Positions 25,123 to 35,315 of a DNA stretch of 64,000 bases are shown in pieces. The translations under genes and the position numbers were made by a program. Numbering within the stretch: the stretch's first letter is position 1; every line of letters starts with the position of its first letter. The notes beneath the pieces were generated by a model. It saw only the letters and a list, made by a program, of their open reading frames with translations, did no database searches and was not told the DNA's origin. The DNA lies in NCBI GenBank assembly GCA_032718475.1, contig JAUCBJ010001244.1, forward strand, positions 13,758-77,757, read 5' to 3'. The stretch is from Nemertoderma westbladi. Taxonomy: Eukaryota; Animalia; Xenacoelomorpha.

Positions 25123-25638
25123 AATAAGAAATTGAACAACAAAATAGAAATAACCAATAAACAGTTTACCGGAAAAAACATTGCCAAATTTGAACTAGAG
25201 AAAATTTCACAGCAAATTACAGGTCAAAGTTGCTTAAAACCAAACATGTTTATCTACAAAGGTGACGATTCAACTATAATGCTATTTCCCAGCGGCGCAG
25301 TAACAATTGTAGGCCTTTGCAATAATTTAGCTAGTGAATTGCTTTATTTAAAACAGACTATCGGGATGCAATTACAAAATTTGAAACTTAATACCGAAAC
25401 ACGAACTATTATTTTTCCTAGTGTTAATTTTAAATTATTAATGAAAAAATGTGGACATCACACAATTAATAATAAAGCAATATTTATTAGCTATACCCCC
25501 GAATTATTTTGTGCGATTAGAATATATATAGGATGTGCATATTTCAGTGTATTTCATAGTAATAAAATCGTTTCCATGTGTCCAGCCGGTGAATTCCCTG
25601 AATCATTATCTATTTTACAAACTTTATTATTAAATTAG
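25123..25638 (+). CDS. Divergent TATA-binding-protein (TBP)-fold protein
   Basis: Two TBP-like repeats: IEITN..F.LEKI..STIMLFPSGAVTIVG and LKLNTET...SYTPELFCAIRI..FSVFHSNKIV (cf. YEPELFPGL..IFVSGKVV). No ATG at the 5' end; frame opens directly after a tttttctAG acceptor (25122). Confidence 0.75.
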   Translation, partial: NKKLNNKIEITNKQFTGKNIAKFELEKISQQITGQSCLKPNMFIYKGDDSTIMLFPSGAVTIVGLCNNLASELLYLKQTIGMQLQNLKLNTETRTIIFPSVNFKLLMKKCGHHTINNKAIFISYTPELFCAIRIYIGCAYFSVFHSNKIVSMCPAGEFPESLSILQTLLLN

Positions 25639-25689
25639 TTTATTTACTATGGTATACATGAAAGTTTACTATATTATTTATTTTGTGTT

Positions 25690-26680
25690 GGTTTTTATTT
25701 TTCCGTGAGTAGGGTTTGAATCCGTGACCATCCGTGTTACCTACTTTTTATAATTGCATTAGTAGGACTCAAACCCTGGTTTTTCCTATTTTGTGTTGGA
25801 TTTATAATTGACGCGAGTAGGGATTGAACCCGTGACCTTCTGTTTTTCCTAATTTATGTTTAGTTTAGTTACTCTAGTTATTCTATGTTTACTTTTTATA
25901 TTTTCATGATTAGTATTCAAACCCTGGTTTAACTTATTTCGAGTTGGATTTATAATGGTCGCGAGTAGGGATTGAACCTATGACCTCCTGTTTATTTTCC
26001 ATAAAACGGGATACGAGTAGGGATTGAGCCCGTGACCTTCTGTTTTTCCTATTTTATGTTTAGTTTAGGTACTCTAGTTATTCTATGTTTAACTTATTTT
26101 GTGTTGGTTTTATATTGGTCGCGAGTAGGGATTGAACCCGTGACCATCTGTTTATCCTATTTTGTGTTTACTTTTTATATTTTTCTATAAAACGGGATAC
26201 GAGAAGGGGTCGAACATGTGACCACCTGTTTATCCTATTTTATGTTTAGTTTAGGTACTCTAGTTATTCTATGTTTAACTTATTTTGTGTTGGTTTTATA
26301 TTGGTCGCGAGTAGGGATTGAACCCGTAACAATCTGTTTATCCTATTTTGTGTTTAGTTTAGTTACTCTAGTTATTCTATGTTTACTTTTTATATTTTCA
26401 TGATTAGGATTCGAACCCTGGTTTAACTTATTTCGTGTTGGATTTATAATGGTCGCGAGTAGGGATTGAACCTATGACCTCCTGTTTATTTTCCATAAAA
26501 CGGGATACGAGTAGGGATTGAGCCCGTGACCTTCTGTTTTTCCTATTTTGTGTTTAGTTTAGGTACTCTAGTTATTCTATGTTTACTTTTTATATTTTTT
26601 CATAAAACGGACACGAGTAGGGATTGAACCTACAGTATGACCATCTGTTTATCCTATTTTATGTTTAGTTTAGTTACTCT
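25690..26680 (-). repeat. Tandem array of ~13 tRNA T-arm/B-box-like units
   Basis: Recurrent gagtagggattgaacccgtgacc; - strand GGTCACGGGTTCAATCCCTACTCGCGACCA; ~50-110-bp spacing; higher-order ~494-bp duplication. Confidence 0.85.
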
Positions 26681-27439
26681 ATGTTAAAGTGAATTTTCAC
26701 ATTATATTTGTGTTAAATTATAAATTTATGTTGCAATTATTATTTATATTATAAAAAACAGAAATATTCGAGTTATATTGCATTATATATTTTATATTGA
26801 AGTGGAATACTTTAGATGTTGGGGGACTCTGGTTTGCGAGGGATATTTGAATGGTGAGTATAACTATCCTTGAGAGCTAGTGCAACGCTATCTCACTATG
26901 GATGGGCTTTACCACTGTACTCGCATCTGCTCTCTCATTGGCTGCTCGATGCCTCCGATTAAGGGTCTAAGACCTTCAAGCTGATTATTTGCTTAGTTTT
27001 CTAATTAGAAGGTCGTGAGTTTGGACCCTAGAAGAGCATTATTCTTTTTCCTAGCTCTTGGTTAACTCTAGCATATACTCTAGCTTCGACTCTCCCAGCT
27101 ATAGTGATAGTATGCAACCTTGGGAGTTAATGTGAGTAAAGACCAAGAGATTAGACTTCAGGCTCCCTCTATTGGTTCATTCTTCTTAACTTTATAAAAT
27201 AACTCAACCCGTATTTAAAGTTTTAAAAATTATGACTTAGTCGACTAATTTTCCAAAGTATATTATAAAAACATATAATTTCTTGAATAGATAGACCTAA
27301 TAGTAATAAATAATGTGGGGGTAAATACATTTATAATTCTAATATAATTATTAAGGATAAATAGTCCCAATACTAATATAATTATGTAATAGTAAGCAAA
27401 ATTTTTATGCGCAACCATCAGAGATTATTTGGATATAAA

Positions 27440-27575
27440 AGATCACACAGCAGGAGGCTAACTTGCTGGGATCGTGTGTCGCTATGTCTTATATCGGGTG
27501 GATGAGAGAGCCCCCTCCGGCGCAACATTGTGAACATGGGCTATATTGCTAGAGAGAGAACTACATATAAGACCA
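27440..27575 (+). repeat. Dispersed repeat fragment inside the Polinton
   Basis: Reverse-complement similarity to 14140-14296 (agatcacacagcaggaggctaacttgctggga...gagagagaactacat..aagacca). Confidence 0.7.
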
Positions 27576-29394
27576 TGGCCGGCCCTCATGCAGATTTAGC
27601 GGCGCCAAGGCTAACGCGGAAAAAATAAAAAGTAAACACAAAATAGGATATACAGATTGTCATAGATTCGATTCCCTACCCCCGATCAGAGTCATTATGA
27701 TCCTCCCCCGATAATTATAGAATATTTTATAGGCCGGTAGTATTGGGGTTATTATGTGACTCATGAAAATAAATCTTAAATACAATACAAATGCTCCATC
27801 TGGGTAAAAGTGGATGCAATGTATTTACAAATCGAGTGTGGATCAGGATAGTTTTCGTTAAGGTTTCACCTTGGTGAAGTGGAAGCATTGTATTCACATT
27901 TCGAGTACCATTTTTATTGAAACTATGGGGCATTTTATATTAGCCGATTTTTCAAAATTTGTAAAGTTTTGAGGGTTTTTATGAAAAATATAGGGATTTA
28001 GGGATTATCATTCAAATTGACTACGAAGAAGGCATAGGGATCATTAATGGTGTGCTGAGACTCAGAAATTTTCAGGAAATTTAAATTTTTGCCCTCGCTT
28101 CGTGGAAAATATAAAAAGTAAACACAAAATAGGATATACAGATTGTCATAGATTCGATTCCCCACCTCGATCGGGGTCATTATGACCCTCCCCCCCGATA
28201 TTTATACAACATTTTATAGCCCGGTAGTATTATGATTAAAGCTACTAACCTAAAACATAACAAAGTGCAATTATCCTATCTGTTCCAACTCGGTGTCACT
28301 AGTTTAGATAATATACTATAATAATAGTGATAGCAGATGCTTTTAATTTCGCGATGAAATAATATCAGCAAACGAGATATAGTGAATACATCATAGATAG
28401 AATTTTAAATTTTGCAGTTGCAAGGAGTGATAACCCTTAGGTGAAAGCTAAATTTGCTCTACTTTAATCAAATGGGGCATTAAAGCTACGAGTATATTTT
28501 CCTCTACATCCTCCCTCGAACTTACACAAATCTGGGCAAAAGGCAGTTGAAAGGCTATCATTTCCCATCATATGCGGTCCTCCCTTTAATGTTTCATTGT
28601 TCTATTCATAGTCGCCTTTAAGAATTTCTCGGGAAAATAAGGATGAGGGGCTATCACTTTCAACCCCATGCGGCCCTCCCTTTCATGATTTCATTGAACT
28701 ATCCATAGTACGAACAATCAAACCAAAGCCTTTGAATATCCTCGCGGCTTATCAGCGGCGCCATGGCTAACGGCTTAATATTAACAGTGAAGCATCTAAA
28801 AGACAGAGTGTCTATGATAGGACAGAACAGCGTACTTACAGCCTAGAGGTGGTCGCCCTGAAAACTTTGCTCGCCATCAATACATACAAAGCATCGCTTG
28901 ATGGATAGAGTAATAGGGTGGATATTTTCATTTTGGTGAATATAATTTATAGCATTAATCACGAAAATCGCTAAATAATATATTTTAATTAAAATCAGCT
29001 CTGATAAACAACTTGCATATCGAGTTTGTAAAGAATTCATAGGGATTGGCTGTTTATTTAGGGGTTAACATGCAAATTGATTACGAAGAAGCAGTAGGGG
29101 TCATTAATGGTATGCTGAGACTCACTTACTTCATGGCTCGCTCTCATAGAATAGATTAACTAGTAGAGAAAAATGAAAAATAACCGGTTAAACATCTTAT
29201 ATTTTTTAAACAATATGGGGAAACAAGAATAAATAATTTACCGACAACATCAATATTAAATAATATAACAACAGATAAATAATTTACCAACAACATTGAA
29301 AATAAATAATATAAGAACATCAACAATAACAAAAGATATAATCAGAACAGTTTTTAATAAATAGAGACTGTTTATATTAATAGGGTTGCTGGTC

Positions 29395-31086
29395 TCAGAG
29401 AATATCTGGTTTAACCCTTTTAGGGTCCGATACTATTAATGGTTGCGATAATTTTCTCTTTAATAGTTTATTGAGATAACCTTTTCTTGGGGGGTGAGAT
29501 AGATTAAGGTGTGTTTGCTGCGGGAGAAATATGCCTTCTCTGAGAGAACGTTTTAGTAACTCGAAAAGGCGCGCGATGGTAAAGTCGTTGGATAGGGTGA
29601 TAGTGTTGGTATTTTTCGTATTGGTGAATATAATTTCTGCTGGTTTGTTCTCGATATGAATGTAAGGACTGAGATAGTAGTGAGAGTTGGGTGGGTTGGT
29701 TATATTTATCGCGAGAAAATCGCTGCCCCTAATATTGAGACCGTTGGTGAACTGAAAAGTGGAATTCTCTTCGTCTTTCATTAAAATGGGCCAGATACCA
29801 ACATATTTTTCGGATTTGAACTTATAGATAAAGGCTGCGATACTGCTATTTATGAGATAGCGCTGGTGATTGGGGATTGTAATCTTCTTCGGTTTGAAAG
29901 CAAATTGTATAGCCATAGCCTTGAATCTGATTAGAGCCTCGCGCGCTTGAATTGTGTTAGCTATAGTAAAGGATTCGTTAAATTTTCTCTCGGTTATCTG
30001 TAAATCAATTTCTGAATCGCTGATACAACTTTGTATCGATATTCGCTCGGAAATGTTGTCTTTGTATACGTTAAGTTCATCGTAGCAGACACATTCACTA
30101 TCCTCGACGGTTGAATCGAACCATTTCAATTCGCCGACCTCGGTTGGTGTAAGAAGAATCATGCCCCTAGAAGAAACAATAGCCTTTCCATCGTCAACCT
30201 CGTAGCCATTGGTGATCGCTAAATTGCGCTCGTTCCGAATATTTGTAACAAACCCAAAAGTGCAATAGTCAAAAGCAACCCAATTTCCCGGTTTTAGGAC
30301 AAGGTGAGTAGTAGGATTAATAAAAGGGCGACAGATGTTTACATATTGTTGAAATAAATTGGCGCAGGTGACGGAAAATGTGATCCATGAACTGTTTACA
30401 GTGTCTTCCAGCTTTATTAACTCGAGTGGATTCACTGGGTTAATACTTCCATAGGTGCCAACTCTATAATTGAATCCAAAGTAATAGGAGACTTTATTGG
30501 CGAAAAAGCATGTGAGCTCATTCAATTTCTCGCCGAAAGTGAGAACATCCTTGTCGAAAAGTTTAAAGAAACGAGTCTCCTCTTCCTCGGTCGGAGTCGA
30601 CGAGTTCCAGATGAGAAGAAGAATCGAGTTTGCGATACTATGAAAATCAAATAAGCGATCATCGGAGAAGAAGGAGGTTACGAGGGTGGTTAAACCCAGT
30701 AGACGATTTGCCACATCTTGGTTGATGTTTTCTCGAATAAAATCGACTATACTAGTTGGAATCGTAAACGTCTCGGGCGAAGTAGTTAGATTGAACGTGA
30801 TTTTGTTGTCCATTTTTAAAAGTTTGAAACCGTGGTTGGAGGAATGAAGTTTATTATCGTCGAGGGTTTGATATTGTCCATCGTGAAGTTCGTAGCAGGC
30901 GCGGAAAATAAAGTGCGCGTAGTTTGCCGGAATCGGGATGGGTTGGTTTAAGGTTGTATTTATCGTTAACGGGAAGAGTTTGTTCGCCGGATCGAAATAT
31001 AGACCAAACGAGTTGTCTTGTAGCATAAACTGATTTTCGTTGCAAACCAGATCGTTGCTTGAATAGCTGATTTCTGAATGTGCCAT
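29395..31086 (-). CDS. Polinton-borne 563-aa protein, putatively with PC4-like ssDNA-binding domains and a C-terminal bipartite NLS
   Basis: Intact ORF. FIYKFKSEKYVGIW...TNGLNI and FVTNIR...DDGKAIVSSRGMILLTPTEVGEL resemble the PC4 consensus (V..FKG..YVDIR...GISLT.EQW..L); ends KRK-x10-KRVK. ORF is solid, domain call tentative. Confidence 0.6.
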   Translation of the reverse strand: MAHSEISYSSNDLVCNENQFMLQDNSFGLYFDPANKLFPLTINTTLNQPIPIPANYAHFIFRACYELHDGQYQTLDDNKLHSSNHGFKLLKMDNKITFNLTTSPETFTIPTSIVDFIRENINQDVANRLLGLTTLVTSFFSDDRLFDFHSIANSILLLIWNSSTPTEEEETRFFKLFDKDVLTFGEKLNELTCFFANKVSYYFGFNYRVGTYGSINPVNPLELIKLEDTVNSSWITFSVTCANLFQQYVNICRPFINPTTHLVLKPGNWVAFDYCTFGFVTNIRNERNLAITNGYEVDDGKAIVSSRGMILLTPTEVGELKWFDSTVEDSECVCYDELNVYKDNISERISIQSCISDSEIDLQITERKFNESFTIANTIQAREALIRFKAMAIQFAFKPKKITIPNHQRYLINSSIAAFIYKFKSEKYVGIWPILMKDEENSTFQFTNGLNIRGSDFLAINITNPPNSHYYLSPYIHIENKPAEIIFTNTKNTNTITLSNDFTIARLFELLKRSLREGIFLPQQTHLNLSHPPRKGYLNKLLKRKLSQPLIVSDPKRVKPDIL

Positions 31087-31199
31087 CGTGATTGTGTATC
31101 GGTAACTCGTTTAGGAAATAAAAATAAATAAATACTTTTACGAAAATAATTAAAACTTTTCAGGAAAACAAAGAGACAATGATTGGGAATGTGGTGAAC

Positions 31200-31310
31200 G
31201 GGGGCTATTATAGAGGGGGCTAGAATGGGTTAGCCAATCAGGGAACAGGAGGGAGAAAAGACTGTATAATTAAACCAATCAGAGAGCAGCTTTGATGACG
31301 TCACATCAGG
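31200..31310 (-). promoter_or_regulatory. Putative promoter of the 563-aa ORF
   Basis: TATA-like TATAATA (- strand ~31205-31212), two CCAAT boxes (~31233, ~31275), CRE site TGACGTCA 31296-31303. Confidence 0.5.
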
Positions 31311-31435
31311 CGAGATAATGATTGCCCAATGTTATTCAATGGTAGACAGAATGGCGCCATTGAATAACGAAGACAAAGGGGCCGCGAGAGGAAAGATTAT
31401 AAAGTTAACGATAAGGGATCTATAAACCATAGAGC

Positions 31436-32339
31436 TAAAAATAGACATTATGTCATAGTGATCTCATTGGTAATATAAAACCAAATTAATCTAAAAATAG
31501 AAATCAATATATAAAATAAAAGTAATACAATTAATTAATTTAAAATAAAGTACAAATGAATAAATAAAGTCAAATAGAATACAAATAATTAATTAAAATT
31601 AGGTACAAATAAATAGTTAAATTGAAAATAACAAAGTTAGAGAAGATGTTAATTTTCAGATAATACGCCCTCTAGCGGCAGACTATGGAACTGCAGGCGG
31701 TTGGATATATGTAAGAGTAATTAGTAATCAGAGCTGTCACGGGGTGGGGGCAGGGGCGCTTGGATACAACTATCATTAATATGCTGTTGCTTGGTTAAAG
31801 CTAATTGGGGGGTCAAAGGTCAAAGGTCAACGATAAAGCTGTCTGGATATAGATAAGAGTAATTAGTTACCAGTAAGGGAGCTGTATACCCATAAAGTAC
31901 AAATGAATAATTAATTTAGAATTAAATACGAATAAAATAAAATGCAAGTAATTAATTAAAATTAAATATAAATAAATAGATATTAATGAATAAAAGAGCT
32001 GCGGTGTCACTTATGACACCCTCTTGAGCCGGCTCTGCGACAGTTGGACAACACTGATTGACCCATTGTGTGTCAGGGCGCTAATCAGTCTGATTAATTA
32101 GGATAATCAATTAAACCCTAATTAGGAGTCATATGACACCTGTTAGGGTTTAATTGTACTAATTAATTGATGACACCTGTCAATTAGGGTCTAATTAGCC
32201 TAATTGAGAGGTGTCACCCAGACAGTCTGGCGCCAATGACACCCAATGACACCCATAGGGTGATAATTGGGTGTCATATGACACCCAATGGGTGTCAGTG
32301 GGGTCCAACTGTCGCAGAGCCGGCCAAGACCCTACTACT
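31436..32339 (-). repeat. Right TIR (~900 bp)
   Basis: Inverted copy of 18143-19020, ends CTACTACT. Confidence 0.95.
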
Positions 32340-32345
32340 GGTAGG

Positions 32346-32600
32346 AAAGAGAAACATTTAGAGAAACATTAAAACCTTAATAATAATCTTAATAAATAAC
32401 CCTAATACAAATAAACTTTATTTTATAACTCCAGAATAACCTTTACATTTGGTGACCCAGACTGTTGCACTTGCATCTTTCTAATTTAATTAATTTCTGA
32501 ACTTTCTCTGATTATTACACCTCCAATATAAAAACATGGCAGAAGATGGAGATCCACCACAGACACCAATCAAAGATGATCACAGAGGAGACGTAAAATT
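32346..32600 (+). mobile_element. 3' part of an LTR, PBS and gag start; the Polinton appears inserted in this LTR
   Basis: aataaa...ctttaCA tt TGGTGACCC (~32450, PBS-like) then ATGGCAGAAGATGG at ~32536. Confidence 0.45.
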
Positions 32601-33489
32601 TTCTATATAAATGGAATGGCATATCATATTAACCGACAATTACCCAATCACCCCCAATATATTGCTATACTATCATTTATTGCTATCTATACATTGCAAT
32701 GTCTCAATCGGTCCATGTTTGCAGCCGTCTGCGCATCCACGTAATCAGAATCATGGGTTCATCTCATCCAGCTATAGACTCTTCGAGTTTCTTGCCTATA
32801 ATGATTGCAGTTTTGATTGTAACTTTGGCCTGCATCCAGCAGTTGCTCGAGTTCACTTTCAGCTGTGATGAGACATTGGGAGAAGAATCTCTGTATCATT
32901 GTTATAATGTTTGGAGGCAACGATCTGTGTGTGAGAAACAGATTTTGTTATCACCAAATTGAAGGCAATGATTACAGAATATTCATCCAATGAGGCCTCC
33001 TCCGATTTATGGGCACAAATCGTCCCGCGGTCAATGCACCTGAAGAGAATACCTGTGGACCCCGATTTTGATTCGCGGCGTGTGGCTACAAACAGCAGGA
33101 TGGTGGTGTGGCTGAGGTAATACGAATATGGCCGCATCATAGCCATGAAAGGTGCTCTATGCCATCGGCTGCAGGGAGCCCAATTCTAGCCGATCCCAAT
33201 TAAATGTCTTAACTTTTCAATTTCGTAGAAGATAGACTTCATGATTCTCTACAAGCAACCAAAATTTCAGCTCTGGAAAATGAGACGTTCCGGAGAAATT
33301 TAACATTTTATAAAAACCACACAATCTGTCGTAGCTGACGTCAGACTGCATGATTTTTCACCAAACCTTACAAATTTTCTAAACTTTCCCTCTACTACCT
33401 ACCTACTAAGTTTGGTTCAATTTCGAATTAGCGATGCTGAGAAATTCGCATTTTTGAATCGGACAGTGAGCCAGAAGAAGTTTCAATAA

Positions 33490-34420
33490 TTGTGGATAAT
33501 ATTGTAGAACCATCGTATTGCTATAAAGAAGGTACTACAAAGGGGAATCTACAGAGGGAGGGGTACTATCAAAGGTTCAGTGTGGATAGTTCCCCTGAAC
33601 TCTTACGATGGAAATCATCTTTAGAGCAGCAGCAGAAGACATCAAAAAAATGTATAATAGATCAGTTGTATAAGGTCTCAAGAATGGCCTATCAAATACA
33701 GAAGGCCCAAAACAACGTTGAAATGGGTTTCATGGAAGAGTCTTTGGCTGACTTTGACATGCTACAGTCAATATTTGCAGATATGCACAAAGAATGTGGC
33801 ATGAAAGGGTCAGCCATAGACTCTATCATTGAAGTGATCATTTCATAATTCAAGTTTCGGCTTAAGGAGACAGGATCCAATCGGACCTCTTTACTGCAGT
33901 CTGATAGTTTTAATCACACCCTGAAAGCCATCAGGAGATACCACTCCAATGGGATATTAGTATGGGAAGCTATAGAATCCCAAGCGAGGGAGATAGACTT
34001 CCTTCAGACAATTTCATGATATAAAATCTGCAGATGCCTTAGAAGTGATAAATAACAAGGACATTCGTGATACAGTACAGAAGCATTGCTTGAGTGCCGG
34101 TTATATATGCAGGAATGTAAGTATGTCATGTCCTCGTTGTAAGATACATGATGTGTCTTATATGTATTGGTGAGCAGCAGAGGCCAAGTGTGGCTGGCTG
34201 CATGAAACTCTCTGCGTTTCAACGATCAACACATAAAGCCTTTGTTTCCCCCATCAAACCAACATCTAATACTTGTGGCAAATCACAAAACAAATACATC
34301 ATCGCATGCAGGTGTTGTACTTGATGCAGATACGTTTAGTATGATTGAATCATATATTAAAACTATCAGAAACAAGTGGCCCAAGCAGTGGCAAACCCCA
34401 ATGGCCAATATAACAGTATA
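33490..34420 (+). pseudogene. Possible degenerate tyrosine-recombinase transposon fragment
   Basis: LILVANHKT...VVLD...IESYIKTIR and upstream SSRGQ resemble eukaryotic YR-element motifs; heavily disrupted. Confidence 0.35.
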
Positions 34421-35089
34421 TAGGCTTAGGTATTTTTTTTTTATCAAAATAACCCTTATTAATCTTTTTAATTAAAGATCGATTAAATTAAAATAATAAT
34501 ACTGTAAATAAAATTTTTATTAATTATTTTATTAAGTATTATTAATAAGTTATTAATAATTAATTATTAAGTATTTTTTATTAAAATTAAACTTTTGGAA
34601 TAGGGCCTACCGGTAGAGTTTAAAATTCAATGTTTTTTTCAATTGATCTTTTGGAGTAGGCCTGTCGTAGCTTTGGAGATATTGAAATCTGGAATTGGTA
34701 TCCTTACTGGTACCTGGTAGGCTTATTCCATTGTACGTATTCTTGTAGTATTTCAGCTAATTTTGAAATGTAATAAACCACGTACATGACGATATTAGAA
34801 TCGTTGAGTCTTCACACCCAAAGAATTGGTTTTGTTTGCGGTTATTTTTTATGATTTGGTTTGTGATTTTGTTTGTGATTTGGCTGTTTGGTGTGATTTC
34901 TTGTGCTTAATAGTATAATTAATTCTGTAATTGTTAATAGTGTAATCCTAATACTAATCTAATACCCGGCTCAAATCAATTTGGTGCACACCACTTGGCT
35001 GCCCGATTTTTTTGGTTATAGAGCATAGAGTGACTACTGAGTGTCTGGCCATGTTACTACTGACTGTCTGAGCATATGGTTTCCCTGAA

Positions 35090-35290
35090 ATGGAAAAGTG
35101 ATCGTTTATTGTTTTGGTTAGAAAAGCCCGCATCATTAACCTGTTCCTTTTCCTCTAAATGCGCTATTTAAAAAAACAAACACAAGTGGTGTGCACCAAA
35201 TTGATTATTAAGCATACCTACTATAGAAACATGGACCGCATACATATAAACGGATGTAACCCCATCATAAATGTAATGAGTAATAACCCA
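35090..35290. repeat. Dispersed repeat, second copy at ~52846-53045
   Basis: atggaaaagtgatcgtttattgttttggttagaaaagcccgc...aaacacaagtggtgtg shared. Confidence 0.8.
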
Positions 35291-35315
35291 TGACAAGGTC
35301 GTATGAGTCAGCGCG

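Larger units (their letters stand above)
18143..32339. mobile_element. Complete Polinton/Maverick-type element (14,197 bp)
   Basis: 5'-AGTAGTAG...CTACTACT-3' termini, long TIRs, perfect 6-bp TSD GGTAGG (18137-18142 and 32340-32345), encodes pPolB. Confidence 0.95.

Noticed and set aside
25690-26680. CRISPR array or tRNA gene cluster
   Set aside because: Spacers are themselves repeats, there are no cas genes, the context is eukaryotic, and units lack D-arm, anticodon arm and A box
29395-31086. Major capsid protein or integrase call for the 563-aa ORF
   Set aside because: No recognisable double jelly-roll or DDE/HHCC motifs by eye; needs structure prediction to exclude fully
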